From contig JBQLZK010000033.1 in assembly GCA_052168235.1 (NCBI GenBank), forward strand, positions 9,685 through 36,072: a DNA stretch of 26,388 bases, read 5' to 3'. Made by a program: the position numbers and the translations under genes. Numbering within the stretch: the stretch's first letter is position 1; each line of letters opens with the position of its first letter. This DNA is from Thainema sp. (GTDB lineage: Bacteria > Cyanobacteriota > Cyanobacteriia > Phormidesmidales > Phormidesmidaceae). Positions 7,992 to 16,792 of the stretch are shown here, one piece after another. Below the pieces are notes generated by a model that did not search any database, was not told the DNA's origin, and saw nothing but the letters and a program-made list of their open reading frames with translations.

Positions 7992-10676
7992 ATGAAACGA
8001 TTCTCGACTCAATCTATCGGGCTGGCGATCGCACTTGGCCTCTCGTCTCCAGCGATGAGCCCATTGGGTTTACTGCCAGAGAAAAGTGCGATCGCGCAAG
8101 AAGTGACTGTTGAAGAACGTAAAACAGAAGCTGATCGCTTATTTCAGGAAGGTCTTCGACTTTATCAGGTAGGTTCTTTTCAACAGAGCTTACAAGTTTG
8201 GCAACAAGCACTAGCTATTTATCGTGAAATTGGTGATCGTCAAGGTGAAGGGGTTGTATTGGGAAATCTAGGCATAGCCTATGCTAGCTTAGGTAATTAT
8301 GAGCAAGCTATTAGTCTTTATGAACAGCGACTTTCTGTTATTCGTGAAATTGGTGATCGACAAGATGAAGCGATAACTTTTTTTAGAATTTCTGAAGTTT
8401 ACTTGTCGTTAGGAGAATATCAAAAAGCGTTTGAAATATTGCAAGCAACTCTTGCTATTAGTCGCGAAATAGATAATTTAGTAGGGGAAGCTTCAACATT
8501 AAGTAATATCGGAGCTGTTTATTTTGCTTTAGGTGAATTTGAAGAAGCTATTGTATTTTACGATTCAGCTCTTGAGATTTTACAAGAGCTAGAAGATCAG
8601 AATGGTATAGCTATTGTATTAAATAACCTTGGTGAAGCAAACAGAAGACTTGGCATATCGAGTAAATCTTTGTCTTTCTATAATCAAGCCTTATCAATTT
8701 TCAATGAAACTGGAGATGCCCAAGCGGAAGCTAAAGTATTGAATAATATTGGAAATATTTATTCCGATCTAGGAAATCATCAGTTAGCCGTAAGATACTA
8801 TGAGGATTCATTGCGAATCAAGCGCGAGATTAATGATCTTTTAGGTGAAGCGGCAACTCTTAATAATTTAGGAGAAGAATATGCCGCTGCTGAGCAGCCT
8901 CAAGAAGCTATGCGTTTTTTCATGGAGTCGTTATCAATAAAGAACGAAATTGGGAATCGGGGCAGTATAGGAATCACTCTTGCTAATATTGGTAATTTGT
9001 TATCTCAGCAAAACCATCCTGAACTAGCTATAGCTTTCTTGAAAGAGTCTGTAAATGTTCAAGAAACCATTCGAAACACTAATCAAGGATTACCTAGTCA
9101 TTTGCAAGAATCGTTTGTAGAAACTGTTGCTGACGACTATCGACAGTTGGCAGACCTCCTTTTTCAACAGAATCGTGTTCTCGAAGCACAGCGAGTTCTT
9201 GACTTGCTAAAAGTACAGGAACTGGACGACTATCTTCGAGGTGTGCAACGTAATGCTCAAACCGAATCCGGTATCACTTTAAGACCAGAAGAGCTAGAAG
9301 CTCTAGAGCGTTTCAATGTTGCCCAAAGTCAACTTATTGAACTCGGGCGAGAACTTCTAGAGCTAGAAACCATTGATCTAGCAGATCGCACTCCTGAACA
9401 GGCAGAGCGCATCCGAGAACTGCGTCAGCTACAAAATGATGCCCGTACTGATTTTCAGACCTTCCTAGAGTCTGATGAAATCAAAGCGCTCATCACCCAA
9501 CTGCGACAAACTGATGGAGCCACAAATCTAGAGCTATCAGAACTGAATACGTTACAAGACAATCTACGAAAGCTAGAGCAAAATGCCGTTGTTCTCTATC
9601 CGCTGATTCTAGAAGATCGACTGGAACTAATTATCGTCACTGCCAATTCTCCACCGCTGCGACGGACTGTTTCTGTCTCCCGTGAAGACCTGAATCGCGG
9701 CATTGCTGAAATGCGCTCGGCGCTGCAATCGCCCAGTAGCGATGCCGTTACACCTGCCCAGCAGCTTTATGATTGGCTGATTCGTCCGATTGAGGGTGAC
9801 TTGGCCCAAGCCAATGCCGATACGATTATCTATGCGCCTGATAGCCAACTGCGCTACATTCCGTTGGCTGCTTTGCACGATGGTAACCAGTGGCTTACAG
9901 AGCGGTTCCGGGTCAACAACATTACCGCTGCCAGTATTGACGATTTGGATAATCAACCGACTCCAGAACTTGAGATTCTGGCCGCTGCCTTTTCGGAGGG
10001 GCAATATACCGTGCCGATTCGCGATCGCACGTTATCCTTCGGCGGCCTCGAATATGCCGGACGTGAAGTTGAGAACCTCTCACAGATCATTCCTCAAACG
10101 GAAAAGCGGCTGAATGAAGCGTTTGATTCTGGCATTGTGGTGGATATGAACGACTTCAGTGTGGTGCATTTAGCGACCCATGCCACCTTCAATCCGGGGC
10201 CACCGGAGGATTCGTTCATTCTGTTTGGCGATGGCAGCAAGGCGACGCTGACGGACATCAAAAGCTGGAATTTTCCCAATGTGGAGCTAGTGGTGCTGAG
10301 TGCTTGTGAAACGGCGGTTGGCGATGTGCCGCTGGGTAATGGAGAAGAAATTCTGGGGTTTGGCTATCTGATGCAGTTGGCTGGAGCCGATGCTGCGATC
10401 GCATCGCTCTGGGCGGTGAGTGATGGCGGAACGCAGGTGTTGATGAATGCGTTCTATGGTGCGTTGCAGGATGGCAATAGTAAGGCCGAGGCGCTACGGC
10501 AGGCGCAGGTTGCTCTGATTGAGCGGAATTTTTCTGGGCTTGAAATCCGCGATCGCAGGGATGATGGCACTGTTGTTGCGGTCAATGTTGAGACGGGGCT
10601 GCCGCCAGCGGTGAGCAATAATCTGAGTCATCCCTATTACTGGGCACCGTTTATTTTGATTGGCAATGGGCTTTAG
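7992..10676 (+). CDS. Signal peptide-TPR-CHAT protease (CHAT-3)
   Basis: ATG 7992 follows GGAG (the ORF is open from 7959); leader MKRF...SAIA-QE; TPRs; motifs HLATHA, VVLSACETA and HPYYWAPFILIGNGL. Confidence 0.93.
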   Translation: MKRFSTQSIGLAIALGLSSPAMSPLGLLPEKSAIAQEVTVEERKTEADRLFQEGLRLYQVGSFQQSLQVWQQALAIYREIGDRQGEGVVLGNLGIAYASLGNYEQAISLYEQRLSVIREIGDRQDEAITFFRISEVYLSLGEYQKAFEILQATLAISREIDNLVGEASTLSNIGAVYFALGEFEEAIVFYDSALEILQELEDQNGIAIVLNNLGEANRRLGISSKSLSFYNQALSIFNETGDAQAEAKVLNNIGNIYSDLGNHQLAVRYYEDSLRIKREINDLLGEAATLNNLGEEYAAAEQPQEAMRFFMESLSIKNEIGNRGSIGITLANIGNLLSQQNHPELAIAFLKESVNVQETIRNTNQGLPSHLQESFVETVADDYRQLADLLFQQNRVLEAQRVLDLLKVQELDDYLRGVQRNAQTESGITLRPEELEALERFNVAQSQLIELGRELLELETIDLADRTPEQAERIRELRQLQNDARTDFQTFLESDEIKALITQLRQTDGATNLELSELNTLQDNLRKLEQNAVVLYPLILEDRLELIIVTANSPPLRRTVSVSREDLNRGIAEMRSALQSPSSDAVTPAQQLYDWLIRPIEGDLAQANADTIIYAPDSQLRYIPLAALHDGNQWLTERFRVNNITAASIDDLDNQPTPELEILAAAFSEGQYTVPIRDRTLSFGGLEYAGREVENLSQIIPQTEKRLNEAFDSGIVVDMNDFSVVHLATHATFNPGPPEDSFILFGDGSKATLTDIKSWNFPNVELVVLSACETAVGDVPLGNGEEILGFGYLMQLAGADAAIASLWAVSDGGTQVLMNAFYGALQDGNSKAEALRQAQVALIERNFSGLEIRDRRDDGTVVAVNVETGLPPAVSNNLSHPYYWAPFILIGNGL

Positions 10677-10699
10677 GCTGTTGTTGATGAAGGAAAGCC

Positions 10700-10724
10700 G
10701 TAGGGTAGGCGTCTCGCCTGCTAC
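10700..10724 (+). repeat. REP-like GTAG hairpin element
   Basis: GTAGG-GTAGGC-GTCTC-GCCTGC-TAC, intergenic, with the same architecture as the element at 5061. Confidence 0.55.
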
Positions 10725-10810
10725 TTTCCCAAAGATTCTCTAACGCTGAATAAGTGGGGATGAGTCAGAGCTATATGCTGACGTTAACCTCTAAAATTTG
10801 GCTTCTGGTT

Positions 10811-13732
10811 ATGCGCCTGCTCACTTTGTTGATGACGACCGCTCTGGCTTTGACGCTGACTCAACCGGCTGGCGGTGGTCAGGTCGGTGCGACTCAGAGT
10901 CCTCAAAAATTGCAGGATGCAATGCATCAAACGCTAGCGCAGACTGACAGTCGCCAAACTGAGGCAGATCGCCTGTTTCAGCAGGGACATCAGCAATATC
11001 GCATCAGTCAGTTTCGAGAAGCGTTACAGTCGTGGCAGCAGGCGCTGGAACTGTATCGAGCAATAGAGGATCGCACGAGCGAAGCAGCCACCCTCAACAA
11101 TATTGGTATTGTCAACGACTTATTAGGCAACTATCCGACAGCACTGGACTACTACGAGCAAAGCCTGGTGATTACCCGCGAGATTGGCGACCGGGCTACC
11201 GAAGCAGAAACCCTCAATAACATTGGCATTGTCAATCAATTGTTAGGCAACTATCCAACGGCGCTGGACTACTACGAGCAAAGCCTAGTGATTACCCGCG
11301 AGATTGGCGACCGGGCAGGCGAAGCACAAACCCTCAACAACATTGGTACTGTCAATCAATTGTTAGGCAACTATCCAACGGCACTGGACTACTACGAGCA
11401 AAGTCTGGTAATCAAACGCGAGATTGGCGACCGAGCAGGCGAAGCGACGACCCTCAACAACATTGGCATTGTCAACGACTTGTTAGGCAACTATCCAACG
11501 GCACTGGACTACTACGAGCAAAGCCTGGTGATTACCCGCGAGATTGGCGACCGGGCTACCGAAGCACAAACCCTCACCGGCATTGGCATTGTCAATCAAT
11601 CGTTAGGCAACTATCCAACGGCACTGGACTACTACGAGCAAAGTCTGGTAATCAAACGCGAGATTGGCGACCGAGCAGGCGAAGCGACGACCCTCAACAA
11701 CATTGGCATTGTCAACGACTTGTTAGGCAACTATCCAACGGCACTGGACTACTACGAGCAAAGCCTGGTGATTACCCGCGAGATTGGCGACCGGGCTACC
11801 GAAGCACAAACCCTCACCGGCATTGGCATTGTCAATCAATCGTTAGGCAACTATCCAACGGCACTGGACTACTACGAGCAAAGTCTGGTAATCAAACGCG
11901 AGATTGGCGACCGAGCAGGCGAAGCGACGACCCTCAACAACATTGGCATTGTCAATCAATTGTTAGGCAACTATCCGACGGCACTGGAGAACTACGAGCA
12001 AAGCCTGGTGATTACCCGCGAGATTGGCGATCGCGCGAGTGAAGCGACAACCCTTGGCAATATCGGTCTACTCTTAAGTAGCCAAGCACAACCGGAACTT
12101 GCCATTATTTTCCTCAAAAAAGCCATCAACGGATACGAGAGCATCCGAGATGACAACCGTACTCTGGACACGGAACTGCAAGAATCTTACACAGCCACTG
12201 TTGAAGACACCTATCGTACTCTGGCTGATTTACTGTTGGAACGGGGACGCATTCCTGAAGCGCAGCAGGTCTTGGATCTATTGAAACTGGAAGAACTGCG
12301 CGTCTTTACTAATACCCGTGCCGCCTGGACAGGTAGTGAACTGAAATACACTGACCCTGAGAAACAGGTCATTGATTCGCACAGTAGCCTGATTGCTCTC
12401 GGTGGTGAAGTCATCACCTGCGAAGACACTGACTGTGCTGAAATTGATAGTCTGTATAGCCAGCTTGAAGCTCTCACTGATCAATACAATCAGCAGGTTG
12501 AACAGTTTCAAGAAACAATCCGCGCTAACCGAGCCGAAGACGATGTCTTTCAAGATCCGGCTAACCTCAGCGGTGAAGCCGAAGATTTGCTCACAGCCTA
12601 TGCTCAGGATGGTCAGCAGGCGGTGCTCATCTATCCGTTTGTTCTGGAAGATAAACTGTGGTTGGTCTGGGCCGCAGCGGGTAACGTCATCGGCAGTGTA
12701 GAAGTCCCCGTCACGCAAGCGGAACTCTCGGCCACTGTGCAGCGCTTGGGTGAACTGCTGCAATCGCCCCAATCCAACCTGGAGTCCCTGCAAGCCACTA
12801 GCCAACAGCTCTACGACTGGATTATCCGTCCCCTCGAAACCGAACTGGCGGCCAATGACATTGACCACTTGATCTTTGTCAATGACCGAGTCACCCGCTA
12901 CATCCCAATGGCAGCACTGTATAACGGAGAGCAGTATTTACTGGAGCGCTACCGCATCTCTACTGTCCTTGCCTCAGGGCTAACCGATACCACCGACCGT
13001 CTCACCGAAATTGATCAGTCTCAGGTGCTCGGACTCGGTGTGACGGATGCCGTCGCCGATTTTAATCCCCTGCCTGCTGTCGGAGACGAACTCGATGCTA
13101 TTATTCGCAGTGATGCCGCTGATCCAACCGGAGTCTATCCCGGCCAGGTCTTCCTCAACAACGATTTCACCCTTGATGCCCTCAAGACTAATGTCCGCGA
13201 TGCTCGCGTGCTGCATCTAGCGACTCATGCTGCCTTTGTTCCTGGCCGTGCCGATGAGTCGTTTATCCTCTTGGGCAACGGTGATCCCCTCAAGGTCAAC
13301 GACATTGAAGCCATGCATCGACGGCTGAGCAATCTGCATATGGTTGTCCTATCGGCTTGTCAAACCGCATTGGGCGGTCAAGCTGGAGACGGCACCGAAA
13401 TTGCTGGCATCAGCGCCTACTTTTTAGAAGCCGGACGAGCTGAAACCGTGATTGCCTCCCTCTGGTCAGTCAACGACAGCAGCACCAGTCTGCTGATGCA
13501 GCGCTTTTACCAGCTTCTGGCAACTGGAGAACTCACCAAAGCCGAAGCCCTACGGCAGGCACAGATCGCTTTGCTTGAGCAGGACTTTTCTGAAATTGGA
13601 ATCCGCGATCGCAGAGATGATGGCACTGTTATTGCCGTTGATCGGGAAACAGGATTACCGCCAGCAGTGAGCAACAATCTGAGTCATCCCTACTACTGGG
13701 CACCGTTTATCCTAATTGGTAATGGCCTCTAA
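10811..13732 (+). CDS. Signal peptide-TPR-CHAT protease (CHAT-4)
   Basis: Leader MRLLTLLMTTALALTL (start uncertain, ORF open from 10754); eight near-identical TPRs; motifs HLATHA, VVLSACQTA and HPYYWAPFILIGNGL. Confidence 0.93.
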   Translation: MRLLTLLMTTALALTLTQPAGGGQVGATQSPQKLQDAMHQTLAQTDSRQTEADRLFQQGHQQYRISQFREALQSWQQALELYRAIEDRTSEAATLNNIGIVNDLLGNYPTALDYYEQSLVITREIGDRATEAETLNNIGIVNQLLGNYPTALDYYEQSLVITREIGDRAGEAQTLNNIGTVNQLLGNYPTALDYYEQSLVIKREIGDRAGEATTLNNIGIVNDLLGNYPTALDYYEQSLVITREIGDRATEAQTLTGIGIVNQSLGNYPTALDYYEQSLVIKREIGDRAGEATTLNNIGIVNDLLGNYPTALDYYEQSLVITREIGDRATEAQTLTGIGIVNQSLGNYPTALDYYEQSLVIKREIGDRAGEATTLNNIGIVNQLLGNYPTALENYEQSLVITREIGDRASEATTLGNIGLLLSSQAQPELAIIFLKKAINGYESIRDDNRTLDTELQESYTATVEDTYRTLADLLLERGRIPEAQQVLDLLKLEELRVFTNTRAAWTGSELKYTDPEKQVIDSHSSLIALGGEVITCEDTDCAEIDSLYSQLEALTDQYNQQVEQFQETIRANRAEDDVFQDPANLSGEAEDLLTAYAQDGQQAVLIYPFVLEDKLWLVWAAAGNVIGSVEVPVTQAELSATVQRLGELLQSPQSNLESLQATSQQLYDWIIRPLETELAANDIDHLIFVNDRVTRYIPMAALYNGEQYLLERYRISTVLASGLTDTTDRLTEIDQSQVLGLGVTDAVADFNPLPAVGDELDAIIRSDAADPTGVYPGQVFLNNDFTLDALKTNVRDARVLHLATHAAFVPGRADESFILLGNGDPLKVNDIEAMHRRLSNLHMVVLSACQTALGGQAGDGTEIAGISAYFLEAGRAETVIASLWSVNDSSTSLLMQRFYQLLATGELTKAEALRQAQIALLEQDFSEIGIRDRRDDGTVIAVDRETGLPPAVSNNLSHPYYWAPFILIGNGL
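11081..12060 (+). repeat. Eight tandem 120-bp TPR units with an exact higher-order 240-bp duplication
   Basis: The sequence repeats every 120 bp, and 11461-11700 is identical to 11701-11940. Confidence 0.97.
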
Positions 13733-13742
13733 ATCTCTAACT

Positions 13743-14372
13743 ATGCGTCGAGATCAGGTGATTACACTACTCAAAGCCCGTCAGCCTCAGCTTGCAGAGT
13801 TTGGTGTTCAGTCTCTGGCGCTGTTTGGTTCAGTCGCACGCGATGAAGCCAAGCCCGATAGCGATGTCGATCTGCTGGTTGAGTTTTCTCGCCCGATTGA
13901 TTTATTTGCATTAGTCCGGCTGCAGACTTACTTAGAAGACGTTTTGCACTGTGCCGTCGATCTCGGTACGCTGGATAGCCTAAAACCACAACTACGTCCT
14001 TTGGTTGAACAAGACATTATTCTGATCATGACGCCGCGAGATTGGAAACTGAGAGTGCAGGATATTCTGCAAGCGATCGCAGAAATTCAAACCTTTACGG
14101 CTGGGATGACGTTTGAGGAATTCCAGGCGGATATCAAGACGATCCGAGCCGTGATTGCAGACATCACCATCCTCGATGAAGCCGCAAACAGCATCTCAGC
14201 AGACGTGCAAGCCCAATATCCTGAGATTCCCTGGACTGAAATGCGAGGCATTCGCAACATTGTGGTGCATGAATATTTTCAGGTTCAGCTTGATGTCCTG
14301 TGGCGCACGATTCAAGACAGCTTGCCGCCGTTAGTGCCTCAACTACAAGCGATGTTAGAGCAAGCTGAATAA
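13743..14372 (+). CDS. In-frame fused MNT (MntA-like nucleotidyltransferase) and HEPN (DUF86/HepT-like RNase) toxin-antitoxin protein
   Basis: The GSx10DxD motif (GSVARDEAKPDSDVD) and the Rx4HxY motif (RNIVVHEY) are in one frame. An internal ATG at 14028 (MTPRDW) marks where a HEPN gene would normally start. Confidence 0.88.
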   Translation: MRRDQVITLLKARQPQLAEFGVQSLALFGSVARDEAKPDSDVDLLVEFSRPIDLFALVRLQTYLEDVLHCAVDLGTLDSLKPQLRPLVEQDIILIMTPRDWKLRVQDILQAIAEIQTFTAGMTFEEFQADIKTIRAVIADITILDEAANSISADVQAQYPEIPWTEMRGIRNIVVHEYFQVQLDVLWRTIQDSLPPLVPQLQAMLEQAE

Positions 14373-14378
14373 GTCCCG

Positions 14379-14420
14379 ACTCCTCAGACAGATATCTCTC
14401 TGAAGCCCATCCTGAGGAGT
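14379..14420 (+). promoter_or_regulatory. Inverted repeat covering the RBS of the S8 gene, plus an overlapping 20-bp palindrome
   Basis: ACTCCTCAG (14379-14387) is the reverse complement of CTGAGGAGT (14412-14420), which contains GAGGAG. TCAGACAGATATCTCTCTGA (14384-14403) is palindromic with one mismatched pair. Confidence 0.45.
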
Positions 14421-14428
14421 TGAATTCT

Positions 14429-16597
14429 ATGAAACGCTTCGTCTCTAGCCTAGTATTGACTGGTCTGCTTTGGGGAGCTGCTGACTGTCCCTATCTGTCT
14501 TCCATACCAGCCGCTCAAGCTCAGGTTCCCACATCATCGGATGACCTCTACTACTACTTCTACAATCAGCGCATTCCGCTCAATCTGCAAGCCAATCAAA
14601 TTGCGGTTGCCTTCAAACCTGCTGCGACTAATACTCGCGATCCAGGTGACCTACCGTATCTGCAACTGCAACGTGCGCTCCAGGGTGAACCCAGCAGCAA
14701 TACCCGCAGCACTCGCTCGGCAACGACTACCCCGCTTAACGTCCAGGTACAGCCTCTCGGTAGCCAGTATGCGCTAATTGAGTTCACTGACAACACCCGC
14801 AGCACTCGCGCTGCCGTGCAGGAGCGTCTACAGCAGCCCTATGTGGAAACCACACTACCCGTGCTGACTCGACCGGATAGCGACGACACGATTTTGCTGC
14901 CGAATGAGATAGTGCTGAGCTTGGAGCCCAACTTGTCGGAGAGTCAGAAGCAGCTATTGCTGGTTCGCTACGATCTGGAGATTGTTCGATCTCTACGCTT
15001 CAGTCGCGATCGCTATTTAGTTCGTTCCAAAACTGCCACAGGGACAGACGTTTTAGCAGTGGCGAATCAGCTGAATGGAGCAGTTGGTATTCAGTCAGCC
15101 ACCCCCAACTTTGTCCAGTCCATTCCTTATCGCACAGTGACCGATTTACGAGAGATGGTAGCAGCGGATGTTCCTGATGCTCAGGGGCTACTGGATACCC
15201 TACTCGCTACTCTGCCGCCAGTACAGGACTCACCGTTTCTTTCCAATTTACTGCCGCTCCAATGGCATCTGGATAGTACCCCACAGCGGGGACAATTGCT
15301 GCCGCGAACCGATATTCAAGCGGTGGAGGCTTGGCAGAACAGCAATGATGGTGAAGGCGCAGTCGTGGCCGTGATTGATAGCCTGATCCAGTGGGATCAT
15401 CCGGATTTAGCCGCCAATGTCTATGCGGTCGATGAGGGGAGTGAAGCGCTACCGGGTGAAGTGCATGGCTGGGACTTCTCCAACCCGCAGGTGAGCTGTG
15501 ATGCGGCGGATGTTTGTGTGGCAGGCGACCCAGATACGCGAATTAGTCCGGCGGAGTTAGCGATTCTGCGACCTCATTTTCAGAATACGTTTCAGCTCTC
15601 AGATGCGGAACTGTTGCAGGAATATGAATCGCTGGCACAACGGATTGCCCGCTCCAACTCTGACCTGACTCAGCCGCAGATTGCGCGAATTCTACGGAAC
15701 TGGCTGCGGGGTCAGATTGCCGCTGAGTTTCATGGCACTTGGTCAGCCGGAGTGATTGGCGCACAGGCAACTGATGAGATGGGCGTGATGGGTGTGGCTC
15801 CCAAGGCACAGATTTTGCCGATTCGGGTGTTTGGTCTGGGTGGTGAAATTAGCTCGGCAGCGCTGATTGAAGCGGTGGGCTATGCGGCAGAGCGGGATGT
15901 GGATGTGATCAATATGAGTCTGGGCGGACTGCTGCCGGATCGGGAACTGACGGATCAGATCTTTGCCATTCTGGATCAGCATCCGGATCTGGTGATTATT
16001 GCCTCGGCAGGAAATGATAATCTCGACGGCGTGGCATTCCCAGCGGCGATTCCGGGTGTGGTGTCGGTGGGGGCAACGAATCTGAGCGGCAATCGCACAG
16101 GGTACAGCAGCTATGGAGCCAGTTTGGATCTGGTGGCTCCGGGTGGAGAAACAGCGCTAACTCGCAGCGGTGGCATCCTGACGACGGGCGGCACCTGGGT
16201 GCCGGGTTTCTGGCAGGGAGTGACGCCGCCGGACTATGCCTGGGGTGTGGCGCTGGATCCGGCGGGGGAATATGTGCAGGTGCAGGGTACGTCGTTTTCG
16301 GCTCCGACAGTGTCGGGGGTGGTGGCGCTGATGAAGGGGGAGAATCCGGAGTTGGCGCGGGAGCGAGTGGTCGAAATCCTCCAGGCGACGGCCAGCTATG
16401 AGGGACTCCAGATGACGCAGGCGGATGCCAATCGCTATCGGCTACAGGCGGAGGTGGGCTTTGGCACGGCCCTGAATTTTCCGGTGCTGCGTCCGTCGGG
16501 GATTTTCACGCCAGCGGAACCCGTGTCGGCGGAGCAGTATTTCTTTGGCAGCGGTTTGGTGAATGCAGCAGCGGCAGTAGAGGCTGCAAAGCGATAG
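14429..16597 (+). CDS. Secreted S8 subtilisin-like serine protease with long N-terminal prodomain
   Basis: GAGGAG RBS before ATG 14429; signal peptide ending AQA-Q; catalytic triad in VAVIDS, FHGTWSAG and GTSFSAP; oxyanion motif SAGND. Confidence 0.93.
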   Translation: MKRFVSSLVLTGLLWGAADCPYLSSIPAAQAQVPTSSDDLYYYFYNQRIPLNLQANQIAVAFKPAATNTRDPGDLPYLQLQRALQGEPSSNTRSTRSATTTPLNVQVQPLGSQYALIEFTDNTRSTRAAVQERLQQPYVETTLPVLTRPDSDDTILLPNEIVLSLEPNLSESQKQLLLVRYDLEIVRSLRFSRDRYLVRSKTATGTDVLAVANQLNGAVGIQSATPNFVQSIPYRTVTDLREMVAADVPDAQGLLDTLLATLPPVQDSPFLSNLLPLQWHLDSTPQRGQLLPRTDIQAVEAWQNSNDGEGAVVAVIDSLIQWDHPDLAANVYAVDEGSEALPGEVHGWDFSNPQVSCDAADVCVAGDPDTRISPAELAILRPHFQNTFQLSDAELLQEYESLAQRIARSNSDLTQPQIARILRNWLRGQIAAEFHGTWSAGVIGAQATDEMGVMGVAPKAQILPIRVFGLGGEISSAALIEAVGYAAERDVDVINMSLGGLLPDRELTDQIFAILDQHPDLVIIASAGNDNLDGVAFPAAIPGVVSVGATNLSGNRTGYSSYGASLDLVAPGGETALTRSGGILTTGGTWVPGFWQGVTPPDYAWGVALDPAGEYVQVQGTSFSAPTVSGVVALMKGENPELARERVVEILQATASYEGLQMTQADANRYRLQAEVGFGTALNFPVLRPSGIFTPAEPVSAEQYFFGSGLVNAAAAVEAAKR

Positions 16598-16792
16598 ATG
16601 TTAAGGAGTTAAGCGTTGAGGAGGGACAAGCGGGATGTCTAGGCTATGAGGGGCCATCTTTGTAGAAAATTCATCTTGACTGTCCCTTTCACTAGCAGAT
16701 TTGAATTTGTCCATGAATCAGTGTAATGGTTCAGATGTAGCAGGACAGTAGAAAAAGTATTTCAAGTTAGCAGTAGGAAAAGAGAAAGAGCA

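Noticed and set aside
11570..11830. The TPR variant AACAAC to ACCGGC changes only adenines, resembling diversity-generating retroelement mutagenesis
   Set aside because: Other variants are not A-specific (TTG/TCG, GAC/CAA), there is no reverse transcriptase or non-coding template repeat in the window, and the two occurrences derive from one duplication.
11081..12060. Regular repeats as a CRISPR array
   Set aside because: They are in-frame coding 120-bp units without unique spacers, and no cas genes are present.
14429..16597. Cyanobactin PatA/PatG-type protease or RiPP cluster
   Set aside because: The protein has a secretion signal, and no precursor peptide, heterocyclase or oxidase gene is visible.
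16598..16792. Possible terminator or ncRNA between S8 and CHAT-5
   Set aside because: I could not find a convincing hairpin with a U-tract or any recognisable RNA motif.
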